Assembly (NCBI RefSeq): GCF_009914755.1
Contig: NC_060929.1
Direction: 5' to 3' (one strand)
DNA from: the human T2T-CHM13v2.0 reference genome, Homo sapiens
Length of the DNA stretch: 64,000 nucleotides
Shown here: positions 1 to 52,154 of the stretch, piece after piece
How positions within the stretch are numbered: the stretch's first letter is position 1
Layout of the letters: each line of letters begins with the position of its first letter
Position numbers and translations under genes: made by a program
The notes under the pieces: model-generated
Databases searched by the model: none
The model's input: the letters and a program-made list of their open reading frames with translations, nothing else
What the model was told of the DNA's origin: nothing

Positions 1-52
1 AAGATCCCTATTCCTCCAAAGAGTCAATTCTTAATGCTTAAAACTTGAACTA

Positions 53-1216
<1,164 letters not shown>

Positions 1217-2139
1217 TTAGTTTCTCTTTAAGTATCATTCCCAGAAGAAAAAAATAGGCTGGGGCCAAATAATGGTTACCTCACTTTATTTTTACATTTT
1301 TTTGAATTAAGTAACAAAATTTAAAAAATACAAAAGGATGTACAGTGAAAAGTACATCTCCCTTCTATCCCTGATCCCCAGACTCTCAGAGGCTGCCTCC
1401 TTTAGATGGGGCGGGTGCTTTCCAGATGTCCCCACTCTGCATCAACTGGCCCTCTTTCACTTATCTGCATTGTCTGCCTGACCCCTTTAGACATCTGAGC
1501 TGCCTCCCAAACCATTTTACCACGCCTCTCCTGCATCCCCTTAACACTTGGCATGTCTGTCGTTAGCACTTTCACACAAGCTTCTTTACAAGGCTGTGTC
1601 TTTTTAGATGGGGAGATTCACAGATGCATGAGGTTAGGTTTACATCTTCTTTTGACTATCTACATCCCTGATAACTAGGATGGTGTCAGACTTATGGCAG
1701 ATGTACAAGTTTGTTGAGTGAATTAATAAATTAATGAATGGGCAAATTGTGTATTGTTTCCAGGGTCCTGAGGTGTGACGCAAATAGCAATTCAGTCAGG
1801 TGAAATCAATAATTTAGATCCCATCAGGATCCCAGCCGAGTCCCCAGTCCATCTTGTAACACTTCTCCCCAGAACATACTTAAATTACCTGGAAATAATG
1901 AATCCTCTGCCCTTACAGAACTGGATCCAAAGCAGGCACTAGGGCACTCTAAGACTACTTCTCAGAAGTGTGACAACCTCCTGTACCCTTTTTCTCCTTA
2001 CTACAGGGCCCAAGGACTGAAACTTCTTACCTTTTCTCCTAAACTCTGCCACCCACTAATGGCCTCAGGACTGGGATTCCACTAACCCACTCCCCAAGGG
2101 CTGATTGCACCCTTTCTTTGTCACCACTCATGAAATCAT

Positions 2140-2657
2140 TTCATGCTATGAATTGGCCAACCGTTCTAGAGATATAGCTGAACACAAACATGACCAGAAA
2201 CATGAGGAAGTTATAAAGTATTGAGAAATCCTTCTAGAAGTAGATGCAATGCCACACCACCGAGCACGAGATCTGCCTTCCTGAGCAGTTACCAAAGGAC
2301 GAGATGACACAGCCCTGTGGGCAAACTAGGATCAACGGGAAATGGAAGAACTTAGGAAACTAAGTTACTTCTCCTTCCTCCCTTCAATGGACTGCTCAGA
2401 GGGGCAGTTTCTCCTTATAAACCTTCTGGAGAAGCCCCACACTCTAAGTGAACACACTTGCTGGAAGGCTCCTGTATCTCGTCACAGCTTGTCATGAAGC
2501 CTGGTCACTGCAGTAACACAATGCATCACGTTTTTCCTTGCTTTGCTTTCCCTTTTCTTCCACACTCTCACCCCCCTAGATCTGTCCCTCCCTAATAAAG
2601 TAACAATACTTTCATCTTTGCCTCAGGTTCTACTTCCTAGGGTACCTAAGTTAAGAA
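2140..2657 (+). mobile_element. Old ERVL solo LTR (LTR33/LTR16-like)
   Basis: 3' end 'cctaataaagtaacaatac...tttgcctcaggttctacttcctagggtacctaagttaaga' resembles the LTR33 terminus; start approximate. Confidence 0.6.
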
Positions 2658-2669
2658 ATTCTTGTTGTT

Positions 2670-3470
<801 letters not shown>

Positions 3471-4126
3471 ATAAAAATTATGAAATAAAAATGTATACAC
3501 TTGAAAGTATTTAAAATAAATCTAATTTTCATAATGAATTTTAAGCATTAAGGAGTTTTGTAACTGAATAGTGGAACTCAGAAAGACATCCTATTCAGAA
3601 GGATCTCTCATGTTAATAGTTTCCTTCACTATTGTAGTATACTGTAGAGTTTCAAGAAAAAAATTAAAGGCCAAAACTGTCTTACATTACCATTGCTGTT
3701 TCTGCAATCTTCAACAAACCAAAATTTTCTCTGTAATTGTGAAAAAAGAACTCCTCCTTAAGCATAACTAAAATTTTGCCTTAACCTTATCAAATACCCA
3801 AAACTGTAGAAAGAGATAAAGCTGTTAATAGAGACATGGGTATCCCTTTTTATCAGGTCAGGAGGGTAAGTCTCTAATAGAGAGTTCTAGTAACTTCTCA
3901 AAAGGTAACTAATGAAGGCCTTCCTTCTAAACCAGATAGGGGGAGATAGAATGCTCTGAGTATTAAAGGCATCTCTTGCAAGCCACTGATAACTTTGTTG
4001 ACAGAGCACACAGAAGAAAATAGCAGTTACCAGGTTACCTATAGGTGAAATTTGTTTCCACATAAAGAACCACTGGGTCCAGGCTCATGGAGTATGACTC
4101 CTGAGAGAAACTCCTGTTACTCTGAT

Positions 4127-4128
<2 letters not shown>

Positions 4129-4162
<34 letters not shown>
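4129..4162. repeat. (GT)17 microsatellite
   Basis: Direct read. Confidence 0.97.
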
Positions 4163-4164
<2 letters not shown>

Positions 4165-4273
4165 TAAAAATGAATATTCCTGGGCTCCCAATAAACTCTC
4201 CAGGGTGGGATTACGTTGTCTTTACTGATAATGTTCTTAACTAAAAATTCTTAGTTATAAAATCACAAATTTC

Positions 4274-5968
<1,695 letters not shown>

Positions 5969-6333
5969 AATTTCATAAGTATTGATAAATTTTCATCTTA
6001 CACTGAATTTACATTCAGACTTAACTTTCTTCTTACACTAAATTAATGAATTAACATAAATCATAAAGATTCTATATTTAATTATAAAAACATAAAATTA
6101 TCACATCAATTTAATTCTTATAAGTTTATACATACTGCATAATGACTTTGAAAACAGTATAACTCAAAATAATAGAAAACAAAATTAATTGAATGAAGTA
6201 CTACTGAATTTCAGGTATTTCTGTGACAACACAAATTTAAAATTTAATAAAATATTACCTTTTCTTAGCAAAAAGTTTCTTAAGTCAGATTATCCTTTCA
6301 TGTTTTAAATGAAGCTTCTTCTAAAGAAGTCCT

Positions 6334-6339
6334 TTTATT
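6334..6339 (-). terminator. Proximal AATAAA poly(A) signal of GTF2H2 (further ATTAAA at 6243-6248 and ~6077-6115)
   Basis: tttatt on + strand ~52 nt past the stop codon; usage not demonstrable from sequence. Confidence 0.5.
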
Positions 6340-6390
6340 CACAGTTGCAAATTTCTTTTTAACACATACAATGTATACTACATGCTGGAA

Positions 6391-33464
<27,074 letters not shown>

Positions 33465-33976
33465 TTTTTTCAAAACTGTATTTTATTATTCAATAATCTG
33501 TAAAAACCATTAGAATGTAAGTTATCTAAAGATGTTTGTTACAAAATTCATCCAATTAAATTTGAAAATTAGACACATATATAAAGTAAAAAAAAATGGA
33601 ATGCCAGGTCATCTTATTCTTTGTATTTTACTCAATAATTGTCTTAAAAATCTTCATAGAACTCCATTTCTCATTTCCAAGAAATAATATGAACTTATAC
33701 ACAAACTTGGTACCAATAAAAATAAGCGTCTTTTTACGATTTGTAAAAGAACAAAAATGCTTTATAGATGTGTCACATGACAAACTGTAGACTTGTGAGG
33801 AGTCAGTATGGGCGTAGTTGAACTATTATAGCTGAGTGACATGTGATTCATTGTACTATCTCTCTGTGTATGTCTCAATTTTCTCATAATCAAAAGTTTT
33901 TAAATCACATTTATTATTTATAAATGGGTAAATGCTATAGCTCATAATTCAAAAAAAAAGGACACAAAATTAAACA

Positions 33977-37887
<3,911 letters not shown>

Positions 37888-38079
37888 TCAGCATAAGCCT
37901 ACTGGTGTGATTCCCGTTACATGAGCTCGGAATGCTATCTGCCAACAAATGAGAGCACCAAACATCCCAATTTAAGAAGCTTTTCTTCACACCTTACCAA
38001 GCTATGTGAAACTGGCAAGGGTGATTACTGTCCTTGTTTTTCAGGTATGGGATTCAGGCTCAGAGGTTGGTCACTTTCT

Positions 38080-38660
38080 CAAGCGGGTCACAAACTCGAA
38101 CCCTGAACCATCATTTCTAAAAGTCGCGCTTTTACTTAGGGAGAGACGGCCTGCAGCTTCCCTCCCTACTCTGCGGCTCCCCAGACGAAAGTTACCTTCC
38201 TCTGCCTTCACAAGCTCCTTCACATCCTCCTTCCCTATGAGCCCAGGCAGGGCAATTCAACCTCCGTTCCCCGCCACGAAAACGCTCCCAGCCGCCTAGC
38301 TAGCCAGACGGCCTGCCCCACCTCTGCGCCTCACAGACTTCCACACGCGGACTCACCGGCGCCGCTAGAAGGACTCTCAGCCGGAAACTCCGCCCGACAC
38401 TCCTCTCCGCCGCTTTAGGGGCGCCCCGGAAGTCATTCCGCCGCGCCCTGCGGCCACGCCGAAACGTTCCGGATGCTGCAGAGTGCAGCTGCCGGAGCGG
38501 GGCGCTCAGGTGCAGGGCATGGCCTCCGCTGAGTTGGGGCGCGGAAAGGGACGGTGTTCCAGCTGGAATTCACAGAGAACCGGAAAGAGTGATCGCCATT
38601 CGCTCTCGGAAGGTCGAAGGCTCTGCAGCCATCGACCTGGGTTCTGAGGAGCTCGATCTG
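38080..38660. promoter_or_regulatory. TATA-less CpG-island promoter of GTF2H2 with ETS/GABP, GC-box and YY1-like motifs
   Basis: Only non-Alu CpG-dense stretch in the window; CCGGAAGT 38426-38433, CCGGAAA 38381 and 38580, CCGCCC 38390-38395, CGCCATT 38594-38600. Confidence 0.85.
38196..38445 (-). other. GTF2H2: GTF2H2 non-coding exon 1 region with two alternative donors
   Basis: Consensus donors CCG|GTGAGT (exon end 38357) and AAG|GTAACT (exon end 38196) inside the CpG island; TSS position approximate. Confidence 0.7.
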
Positions 38661-38769
38661 GTTTTTCTACTTCTAAAAGGTTGGGATGAAGGACCCTGGC
38701 CACAGAAGTAAAGCCAGAATTATCCTTGCTTCTTGCTGTGTATTTCAGGACTCCTCCATTGCTCTTGCT

Positions 38770-39740
<971 letters not shown>

Positions 39741-42700
39741 TTAACACAAGTGGAATTACTGGCATTTCCCATACTTGAGAAATGGAGAGGCAGTGCACCC
39801 CCAGATGACAAAAGGGTTAGGAATAACACAAAGGAACTGCAGAAGCTAGGGCCTCTTTCCTTCCCCATCAGCGTACTCATCCCCTCCATTGCCTTTATTT
39901 TATTGTTAAAAATTTTTCCCATCTCTGTTGTCTCCCTCAAAAATATAAACAGAAGGTATCTTGCATAGCAGTGGAAAGAACAGCCCTGGATTTAAAATCA
40001 GGCTCTGACACACTGGCTGGGTGACCTCAAGCAAGTCACAACCCAAGTCTATGAACTAATGTGTAAAATGGGGTTGTCTCCACCAACCCTGCAGGGCTTA
40101 GTGGGAACTCCATAATCAGTCTCATTTCCTCCCAGAAGACAGGATTTTAAAAGGGAGAGGAGGGGAAATTAGTATCGCAGTGCCAGGAAGCTTCCATGCT
40201 TGCCTCCCTCCCACCTTTGACCTCATTAGAGGACTCACACACAAATTCCACACTTTTCCTTTTGTGCCCTTCCTTCCTATCCACACTTTTGCTTCCTTCC
40301 ATCTTAATTGACCATCCTATTTGCAAGATGGGATGCATTCCTCTAGGACAAACAGCCTAGAGGAATCCCAAGCCCCAAGTTTCTTGCATATGTTTGTTAT
40401 CCATCAGCCTGGGAAGGCTTTAAGGAAAACCAGGAAAAAGATAGAGGACTCCCCAATAAATATAAAGCATATTTGCGAAGAGAGGAGACTGAAACAGTTT
40501 TCCCAACTGTAATATTTGCTCTGTATAGATTTTAGACATGGATGTTAAGATTCAACTAGGAATGGTACTACAGCAAAACAAAATATGCATAAATCCATAA
40601 TCTCTTGGCATGATTATGACTGACATATTCTAATCATTTACAAAGTGGTAGAATAAATTATCTAACCTACTCAGATGTTTTTTCAACTTGTAAAACTAAA
40701 AGACAACTATAAAGAATGGATAATCTGTTCTTTGCCCATGAGTGGCCAGACACAATCAACAGGGTTAGGACATTCACAATCAGCTCAGCCAGTGGAATCA
40801 GATATAAAAAGCATGCAACTTGAAAGACTGGGAGAAGTGAACCTGTCTATTCCAATAGACAGGCTCCCTTACAGGGAAACTAAATCATTCCAGAAAGCCT
40901 CATCTAAAACCTCTGTAATTGACAACAGTATCTAACAATCGTGATCTTGATAAGTAAACTATTTGCTGTAACCTAAAGAAGCATTTGTTTATCATGTACA
41001 AATATTTAGAATGCCAATCCTGCATTCTCTGCCTAGAATTCAAAAGAATTTACATTCTAAGGCTGCACCCAGCACAGATCAATCATATGGGATTGGATGA
41101 CACATGCACTTTTAAAAAACACAATTTGCTTTTAGAAAACTTGTTAAAGTTTCACCTTCTGGCTTTGGAAGATGGGGGTAGCTAGGCATATTTACTTTTA
41201 GACAAGGACTGAGTCACACATTAACTACCTTCTTAACTATGAGATTATTACAAATATATTTTTACAAATACAAAAAAACTGAAGTACAGAGAGGCTAAGT
41301 TAATTTCTCCAAGGTCCCACAGCAAGTAACTGCAGAAGGGCAAAGCAAAAATAGGACAACACATGTAGGCAATACCAAGCAGTTCTTGTGGCAGCAACTG
41401 GAAACCTTTTGGAGACACCATTCTGCATTTCGTTGTAGTCATACACAAAACCCTAGTTATGTATCCATGCTTCTTTCTCATAATGCCAAAGTGGCACTAT
41501 TCTAATTTACTAACAAGGTTTTCTAAAAACTACCCAAATTATTGAGGTGTTTTTGCTCACTTCTTCCCATTAGAATAAATGTAGACAATAAGAAACGCAT
41601 GAGGGATGACATAGTCCTCCATCAAATCTGTCCTTTCACACAAGAGATGGCATGGTGTAGTGTAGCAGAATCATGAGCTGCCAGGAAATTATGAATTCTG
41701 ATTCCTCCAGCTGAGTCTTTGAAAAAGTCCAGATGAGAAACACTTCCATCCTGATGCTGAAGCAAGGAGAATGTCCTTGTGTGAGGAATTCTCACAACAC
41801 CAACTGAAGCTAAGGTCCCCGGAGCCATGATAAAAGCACTTTTCTGCCCTGATTCTTCTTTACACACATGTACCCATTCAGGTCTTTACAGATATTTCAC
41901 AGGAAGCATTTATGTTACAAGTACTTAAAATGCACTCGAAATTAATATAGGATACTTTATTTACATCAGAGTGATCTCACATTATCCAATCCATTAACAA
42001 AGTCAACACAGGATGGAAGTATAGAATCTAACAGTTGAAGAGACTAAGATCCTAATCCCTTGTTTTGCCACTTGCTAGTGTGACAACAGCCAGTTAATCT
42101 ATCATATCATTAGTTCCTTGTCTATAAAAGAAGAATAAGAAATGGTCACATGTCAAAAGATCGTTGTGAGGATTAAATATCATATATGTACTTATGTGTA
42201 TGTAACTTATTTACTATAAATACTAGTTGACTTCACTTTATTTCAAAAAATATAAAGCACATATGACAAAACATTAACACATGTTATTTCTGGGCGGATG
42301 GTACTTATATTTTATACTTTTCTGTATTTAAATTTTTCAAAATAAAATAATGATCCTATATACTTTTAATACAAAATCACATATGTAGGGCATCACTTTA
42401 TACGCAGGGAATCTTTACAAAATGAACTATGTGCTATCACAACAAACTCCTTAGAACAATAGTTTATAACAAAGCAGAATTCCAGACAAGAACTACAGGT
42501 CAGAAATGGAAGGGATGTCGGAAATCTAATCTAAACCTCTGACTTTCTAGACTAGGAAGCTGCTTGAGTGGCTTTTCAAATTTACATCCAGCTAGTTAAT
42601 GCCAACGCCAACAGAAACACCCTGATCCTAGTTTCCTAAAACGGTATTTAGTATAAATACACATGAAAATTTTTCTTATTTTTGAAATTTCAAAGTCCAA

Positions 42701-43095
42701 TTTTATAACACAATTTTACAATGCAAATTCTTGCTGTTTCACTTTCTGGATTCAGCTGAATAGTTTTGTGAAAATACTGACAAACTTGCCTTCACGAACT
42801 GACTTCCAAGAACAAATTGTTAAAACTTTAACAGAAAAATCAGTTAAAGGTGCTCATCAAGAGAGTCCTTTTCATTTGGTATAAATCCAAAACTATGAAA
42901 ATACCTTTTGTATTATGTGCATGCAGAAAATTAAGAATTTATTCAATTTGCAGAAATAAATCAGTGATATAATGGAAACATTTAAAATTTTATCTCTGGA
43001 AAATAATCCAAAATCATCTATCAAAAATTATAGGCCGGGCGCAGTGGCTCACGCCTCTAATCCCAGCACTTTGGGAGGCCGAGGTGGATGGATCA

Positions 43096-43360
<265 letters not shown>

Positions 43361-43363
43361 TTA

Positions 43364-43639
<276 letters not shown>

Positions 43640-44306
43640 TCAAAAAAAAAAAAAAATTATATACCTAAATATCTGAAATGCATACTAAAGTTCAGTTTAT
43701 AGATTATTCTAAAAAAAAGTTTTTAGAAAAGTCTAAGCTGGGATGATCACAATCAACTTGGTCAGCACAGTGCTATCAAGTAATTTTACTAATAAGAATC
43801 TGAATTTTTAAAAAAGTGATACAATTTAAGGGCACCATTTGAAATTATTTGGTATTTCGTGGTATAGCATTCTATTCCCAGACATATCAGCATTCTTACA
43901 GCCAAAGGAATGGGAAACGACTAACCAGCACAGCATCCAAAGGAGTATAAACAACAACAGATACAACTCCTGAGTGTGGTTTTCCATTGCTGTGTGTTAA
44001 CAGCACTAATAACATCAAACAGGTTATTATGGAAAGAAAACACCAGGTTTAATACCTTATAAAATATGTATAGAAATTGAACATTCCTGTAAGATACAGT
44101 TCAAGTCACAATTGAATTATAAATGTAATCAGATATTCTGATATAATGAAAAGTTCTAGTTGGTTTTTAAAAAAAGGCATGCAAAAAGATAAAAAGTATT
44201 TAAAAACACACAAAATTCTAACCACCGGGTTTAAACTTTGATCTTAAAAAAGTAAATATATATTTACAATCTTTAAATTTCACACATTTGTTACTTTTAC
44301 ATGATC

Positions 44307-44420
44307 TTTATTATTTAAGAAAAACCTCTTTTAACCATTTATATAACAGAAAAAAAATAGGGAGGCTGGTAGATCATCACATATATAGTAGCTAAAATAT
44401 GAAAGGCCAGGGAATTTATT
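44307..44420 (-). terminator. AATAAA signals in the occludin 3'UTR (44415-44420, 44307-44312; distal one at 41956-41961)
   Basis: tttatt hexamers on + strand downstream of the occludin stop. Confidence 0.5.
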
Positions 44421-44923
44421 ATTAATGAAGTCATAAAACAGACTTAACCAAAAGTGTGTGCTAGGAAACAAGCAGTTTCACTTCAGAGACTTCATTGCAG
44501 GAACCCAGTTTCCTTATGTGGAAAAAAGTGATTATAAATAACAGTTATCTGAAAGGTGGTTGAGAGGATTAAATGAGATCACCTATGCAAACAAATACAT
44601 GTAGGTATGAAGACATCGTCTGGGGTGTGAAAGTTTAGTTCACACCAGAACCTTCCTTTAAGGCTTAAAAACCTCAAACAGTATTTCATTCTTAATACAA
44701 GAACCAATGTTTAAAGCATAAAATCCTTAATTGGAGTGTTCAGCCCAGTTGATTATCAAAAGCGATTTATAAAATGCTTCAATACTGATGATATTAAAGC
44801 AACCAAAACTGTGATGCTCACAGAGGTTTGGCTTCCGGGGTTATGGTCCAAAGTCATTTGCCTTCTGAGAAGATTGCAGAGATGTCAGATACTTAATTTC
44901 TCAAACAACTTGGCATCAGCCTT

Positions 44924-45025
44924 CTATGTTTTCTGTCTATCATAGTCTCCAACCATCTTCTTGATGTGTGACAATTTGCTGTTTAACTGCTTGCAATGAT
45001 TCTTCTTACTTTTGTAATCTGCAGA
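44924..45025 (-). pseudogene. OCLNP1: Occludin exon 9 copy, coding part ([33 protein letters not shown])
   Basis: tttttag|TCT; TAG at 44926-44924. Confidence 0.93.
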
Positions 45026-45659
45026 CTAAAAAGGGAGAAAATGAATCACATAAATTCAACAAAATGAAAACAGGTCTGCTGGGAAGGCAGAATTGAACAC
45101 AGAAATGGAATATTTAGTCAAGAGAATTGCTGGGAGTGTTAATTGAAGTAAAATACGCAAGGTGCCTGGCAGTATCACTAACCACACAGGCAGCTGATTC
45201 TATTTGCTCAGTTCTGTCTTCTAACCTGGGTTTTTCCAAAGGATACCCTCATTTCTAAAAATCTGTAAAATGACCAAGAAAACTTACCAGCCTTTTTGCT
45301 AACACATCATCTAAAACTGTAAGTAAAACAAGAGACTGGTGATCTCATTTGACTGGGGAAAGGGAAGCTGAATAGGGGATAAGAGAGATGGGAAATTTTA
45401 CTGTATACCCTTTAAACTCTTATTTCAAATCATGATGCCTGTAATTTATAATTTTTTTTTCTTATTTTAGAAAGGGTCTCATCCTATTGCCCAGGCTGGA
45501 GTGAAGTGGTACAATTATAGCTCCCTGCAGCTTTGAACTCCTGGGTTCAAGGGATCCTTTTGCCTCAGTCTCCCTAGTAGCTAGGACTACAGGCATGTAA
45601 CCACAGCACCTGGATAAGTAATTTACAAAAATTTTAATATAATTTTTTTTTAATGTTTT

Positions 45660-46900
<1,241 letters not shown>

Positions 46901-47009
46901 GAAAAACATGTAATAGAAAAGCTCTTCCTCCAGATGAGTAGGTATGGGAATTAAAATAAAAAGAAGAAGAAAGAAAGTTCTTCCTAAAAGAACAATCTCG
47001 GATACTTAC

Positions 47010-47051
47010 TCCCTTCACTTGCTTCAGTCTATTGTATTCATCAGCAGCAGC
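47010..47051 (-). pseudogene. OCLNP1: Occludin exon 8 copy (AAADEYNRLKQVKG)
   Basis: taatag|GCT...GGA|gtaagt, 42 nt. Confidence 0.93.
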
Positions 47052-48243
47052 CTATTAACGACAGACACAAAGGAATATGTTTACTGGGGCATTTTCTCTT
47101 TTAAAAGTAACATTCCTGATGTTATACTTTGGAGCTAAAAATGACAGCTTATGACAAAAATATAAGCAATTAAAAGAATGAAGTCGTAAAGCTCTTAAAA
47201 CTCATGATCAGCAGGAAGGTCTGAAGGAATTCAGTGAAGAGACATTTATGATACTGTATCTTTCACATTTCACTCACATAGGCAGGTAACTATCTGTTCT
47301 GCTACTTCTCATCTCTCCTCATGCCAGTCCCCATGCTACACTGACACCAGGAAGATCTTTTATAACACAGAGCGCTCGCTGATCAGGTAATATCCCACTA
47401 CACAACTGGTCTGAGCTTCCCATTAACTTCTCCCCTCATCCAGTTTCCTACCTTTCCAGTCTCAGTACCCATCATCAGCAACTCCTTTAAAAACTGAGAC
47501 ATGTTAAATGCTTCAGGATTTCAATCATGTTTTCCTTATGGCTGTAATCATGCACCTCCCCGCACCCTTCTGTCTGGAAAGCTCTTAACGATTCCCTCAC
47601 TGTGAAGCCTCCAAAGACTTTATTTCTTCTATGAGCAGTTAGTTATAGTGCTTTCTACACATGATGCAAATACAGCATTAATCATACTGTCTAAATTGTT
47701 TAGATGTCAGGTTTTTTTTCTTAAAATATAAGCTCTTTTAGGGTGGGGACAAGATTTTATGTCTCTAGCTCCAGCATTTCCACATCATCAAAGAAAAATA
47801 AGTGATCAATAAATGTTCACTAAATTAAGAAAGATCTATAACACCCTATAGAAACCATAAAAGAAATACATAAATCTAACTATATAAAGATGTGAATACG
47901 TCAAAACTAAAAAGTAGATCACCTCAACTGAAAAATGGCAGAATATTTAATGAGATGTGCATCAAATGAGTCCTGTATTGTATCAAGAGGGAGACACAGT
48001 TGGTGCAGTCTCTCTGGAGGGCAATTTTGCAACTTTGCAAAGGTACGTACCCTCTGACTCTCAGCAATTTCACATTCTGGAATTAGTTTTAGTTAGATAA
48101 GCAGGCTGGGCGCTGTGGCTCACACACGTAATTCCAGCACTTTGGGAGGCCGAGGCAGGCAGATCACCTGAGGTCAGGAGTTCGAGGCTAGCCTGACCAA
48201 CATGGCAAAACCCCGTCTCTACTAAAAATACAAAAATTAGTCA

Positions 48244-48408
<165 letters not shown>

Positions 48409-49153
48409 TTAGATAAGTAGACAAGAGTGCAAAAACAGAGAGGTTCACCAGTATATACTGGTACTACTGGAGTAGGGGGAGACATACTTAAATGTCTATC
48501 CATAGAAAATGACTCTTAAATTATGATACAACCATAAATTTGAAAGTTGTTTACCTAATTTTACACATAAAAAACTTAAAAGTAAGTAGGTCTTTATTAT
48601 TGATATAAAAAAAAAAACTTGCTGTTAAGAAAAGACAGAAATAAGCAGTGCAAGGAAGTTTTTTTGTTTGTTTTTTTTTTTAAAGATAAAACCCCACAAT
48701 AAGAGTATGTCAAAGGGACACGGGAAGCAACTGAAAGTTCCCAACGGTCAAAGCGAGAACAATTAGAGCTACAAAATAAAGCAGTCTTGGATTATAATTC
48801 ACAGTATAAAACAGGTATCTGTAAAGTCCATACTTACGTAAGTGATTGACTGATCAATAAAGGAACAAATTAACAAGAAGAGATTAATCTCCCTCTAAAA
48901 GGTGGTGTAACTACATTAATTTCAGTATGTATACAAAATACAGTATGAAAAGGATGGATTGAAAAAAAAATCCAGTAACTTTACATGGACAAATTCTATC
49001 TCAGCCAGGTGATCAAGGGAGGGAAAAAAAAAACCCATAAACTGTTGATTTAAAAGACAGGAAGAAAATAAGTGAAACATGGAAGATGATGTTTCCTTAA
49101 AGAAAGGTGTATGTGCCTTGGTGACTCCTGCTTGGAGAGATTGTTTTAACTAA

Positions 49154-49482
<329 letters not shown>

Positions 49483-50037
49483 TGATCCGCCCACCTCGGC
49501 CTCCCAAAGTGCTGGGATTACAGGCATTAGCCACCGTGCCCGGCCGCTTAAGTTCTTTTCTACAGAAAGAATGAATGGCTTTATAAATAGGAAAGATAAT
49601 AAGGCTATTTTATTATTATTATTATTAATTTTTGAGATGGAGTCTCACTCTGTCGCCCAGGCTGGAGTGCAATGGCGCAATCTTGGCTCACTGCAACCTC
49701 CCCCATCCCGGGTTCAAGCAATTCTCCTGTCTCAGCCTCCCCGAGTAGCTGGGATTACAGGTGTCTGCCACCATGCCCTGCTATTTTTTGTATTTTTAGT
49801 AGAGATGGGGTTTCACCATGTTAGGCACGCTATTCTCTAACTCCTGACCTCAGGTGATCCACTTGCCTTGGCCTCTCAAAGTGTGGGGATTATAGCCATG
49901 AGCCACCATGCCCAGCCTGGCTATTTTATTTTAAATAGGAAAGGATAGATGTACATAGAATAGTGCTTTGTAGGGGCTGGGCGCGGTGGCTCACGCCTGT
50001 AATCCCAGCACTCTGGGAGGCTAAGATGGGCAGATCA

Positions 50038-50298
<261 letters not shown>

Positions 50299-50494
50299 TT
50301 ATTAACTATTATACATTAGTACAATCTTCTATTAGGAAAGAATTTCATCCAAAACCCAATCTCAACTATTCTTCAATGAAACTGCAGTTTGATAACTACT
50401 AGCACATTTTTATCAACATTAATATAAAGGATGCTGTACCTCCACAGATTAGATTCAAATTCTGTTTAATATATAAATATCAGGTTGAATTTAC

Positions 50495-50666
50495 CATGTA
50501 CTCTTCACTTTCTTCTCTATAGTCATCCAATTCTTTATCCAAACGGGAGAGTTCTTTATTGATCTCATCAAGTTCTGATTGTAAGCTCTTGTATTCCTGT
50601 AGGCCAGTGTCAAAATTCCTCTTGTACAGTTGTCTTTGTTGATCTGAAGTGATAGGTGGATATTCC
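50495..50666 (-). pseudogene. OCLNP1: Occludin exon 7 copy ([57 protein letters not shown])
   Basis: ttttag|GGAA...ATG|gtaaat, 172 nt; start of the OCEL/ELL coiled-coil. Confidence 0.93.
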
Positions 50667-50997
50667 CTAAAAGGTGAGAGAGAAAATGACTACATATGTA
50701 TCCTTAGCAGACATAAAATTCAATGCTCCTTCCTCAAAGATAATAAAGCTGGTTGGGTATGGAGAATGACATTTTCTTGTTTCGTTTTTGTTTCTTACGG
50801 GGAAAGAGAGAGAGAATACAAATAAGTTCTATTAAGAGTGACTATATATTACTGCTCATTTTTTAAAAAATAAAAACTATGCCTACGTAATTTGCAGAAA
50901 TAATTTTGAAAATCATTTACAAAATTGAAGGTACAAGTCATAGGAACTCACTTATTTCCCATACACAATATCAATAATGGACTACTTATGTTTATAA

Positions 50998-51308
<311 letters not shown>

Positions 51309-51778
51309 TAAAGTCTTAAAACTGGAATTCTGGAACACAAAGTCCGCTTTGATCACCACAGTGGCAGCACAGCTGACTGGAAGTGGCTGTTTCCTGCTAC
51401 CACCCATAGTTTTCAGACTGGTTTATTTATTTTTTGCTCTTGTTTTTCCGAAGTGGAAATAGCTTATCTACTTCTTTCACAATAAAAATAGACATTAAAA
51501 ATGTACATGTATAAAAACATGTGCTCACTGTTAAAATAATCTGGCAATTCATTAAAGTATAAAGAAGAAAAACTGAAATTTTGTATCACACCTATTTCTC
51601 AATATACCAGCCACTCCTTACATAGGAAGACGATGCCATTAACCCATAATCCATAGAGAAAATACTCTGAATCCTTTCACAGGACTGGAGTTTCACAATG
51701 ATGTGGAATTTCAAATTTTAGATCTAACAATCTAACATCTTCATTTTACAGAGGGGAGAAATTTAAATGATTTGATCA

Positions 51779-52154
<376 letters not shown>

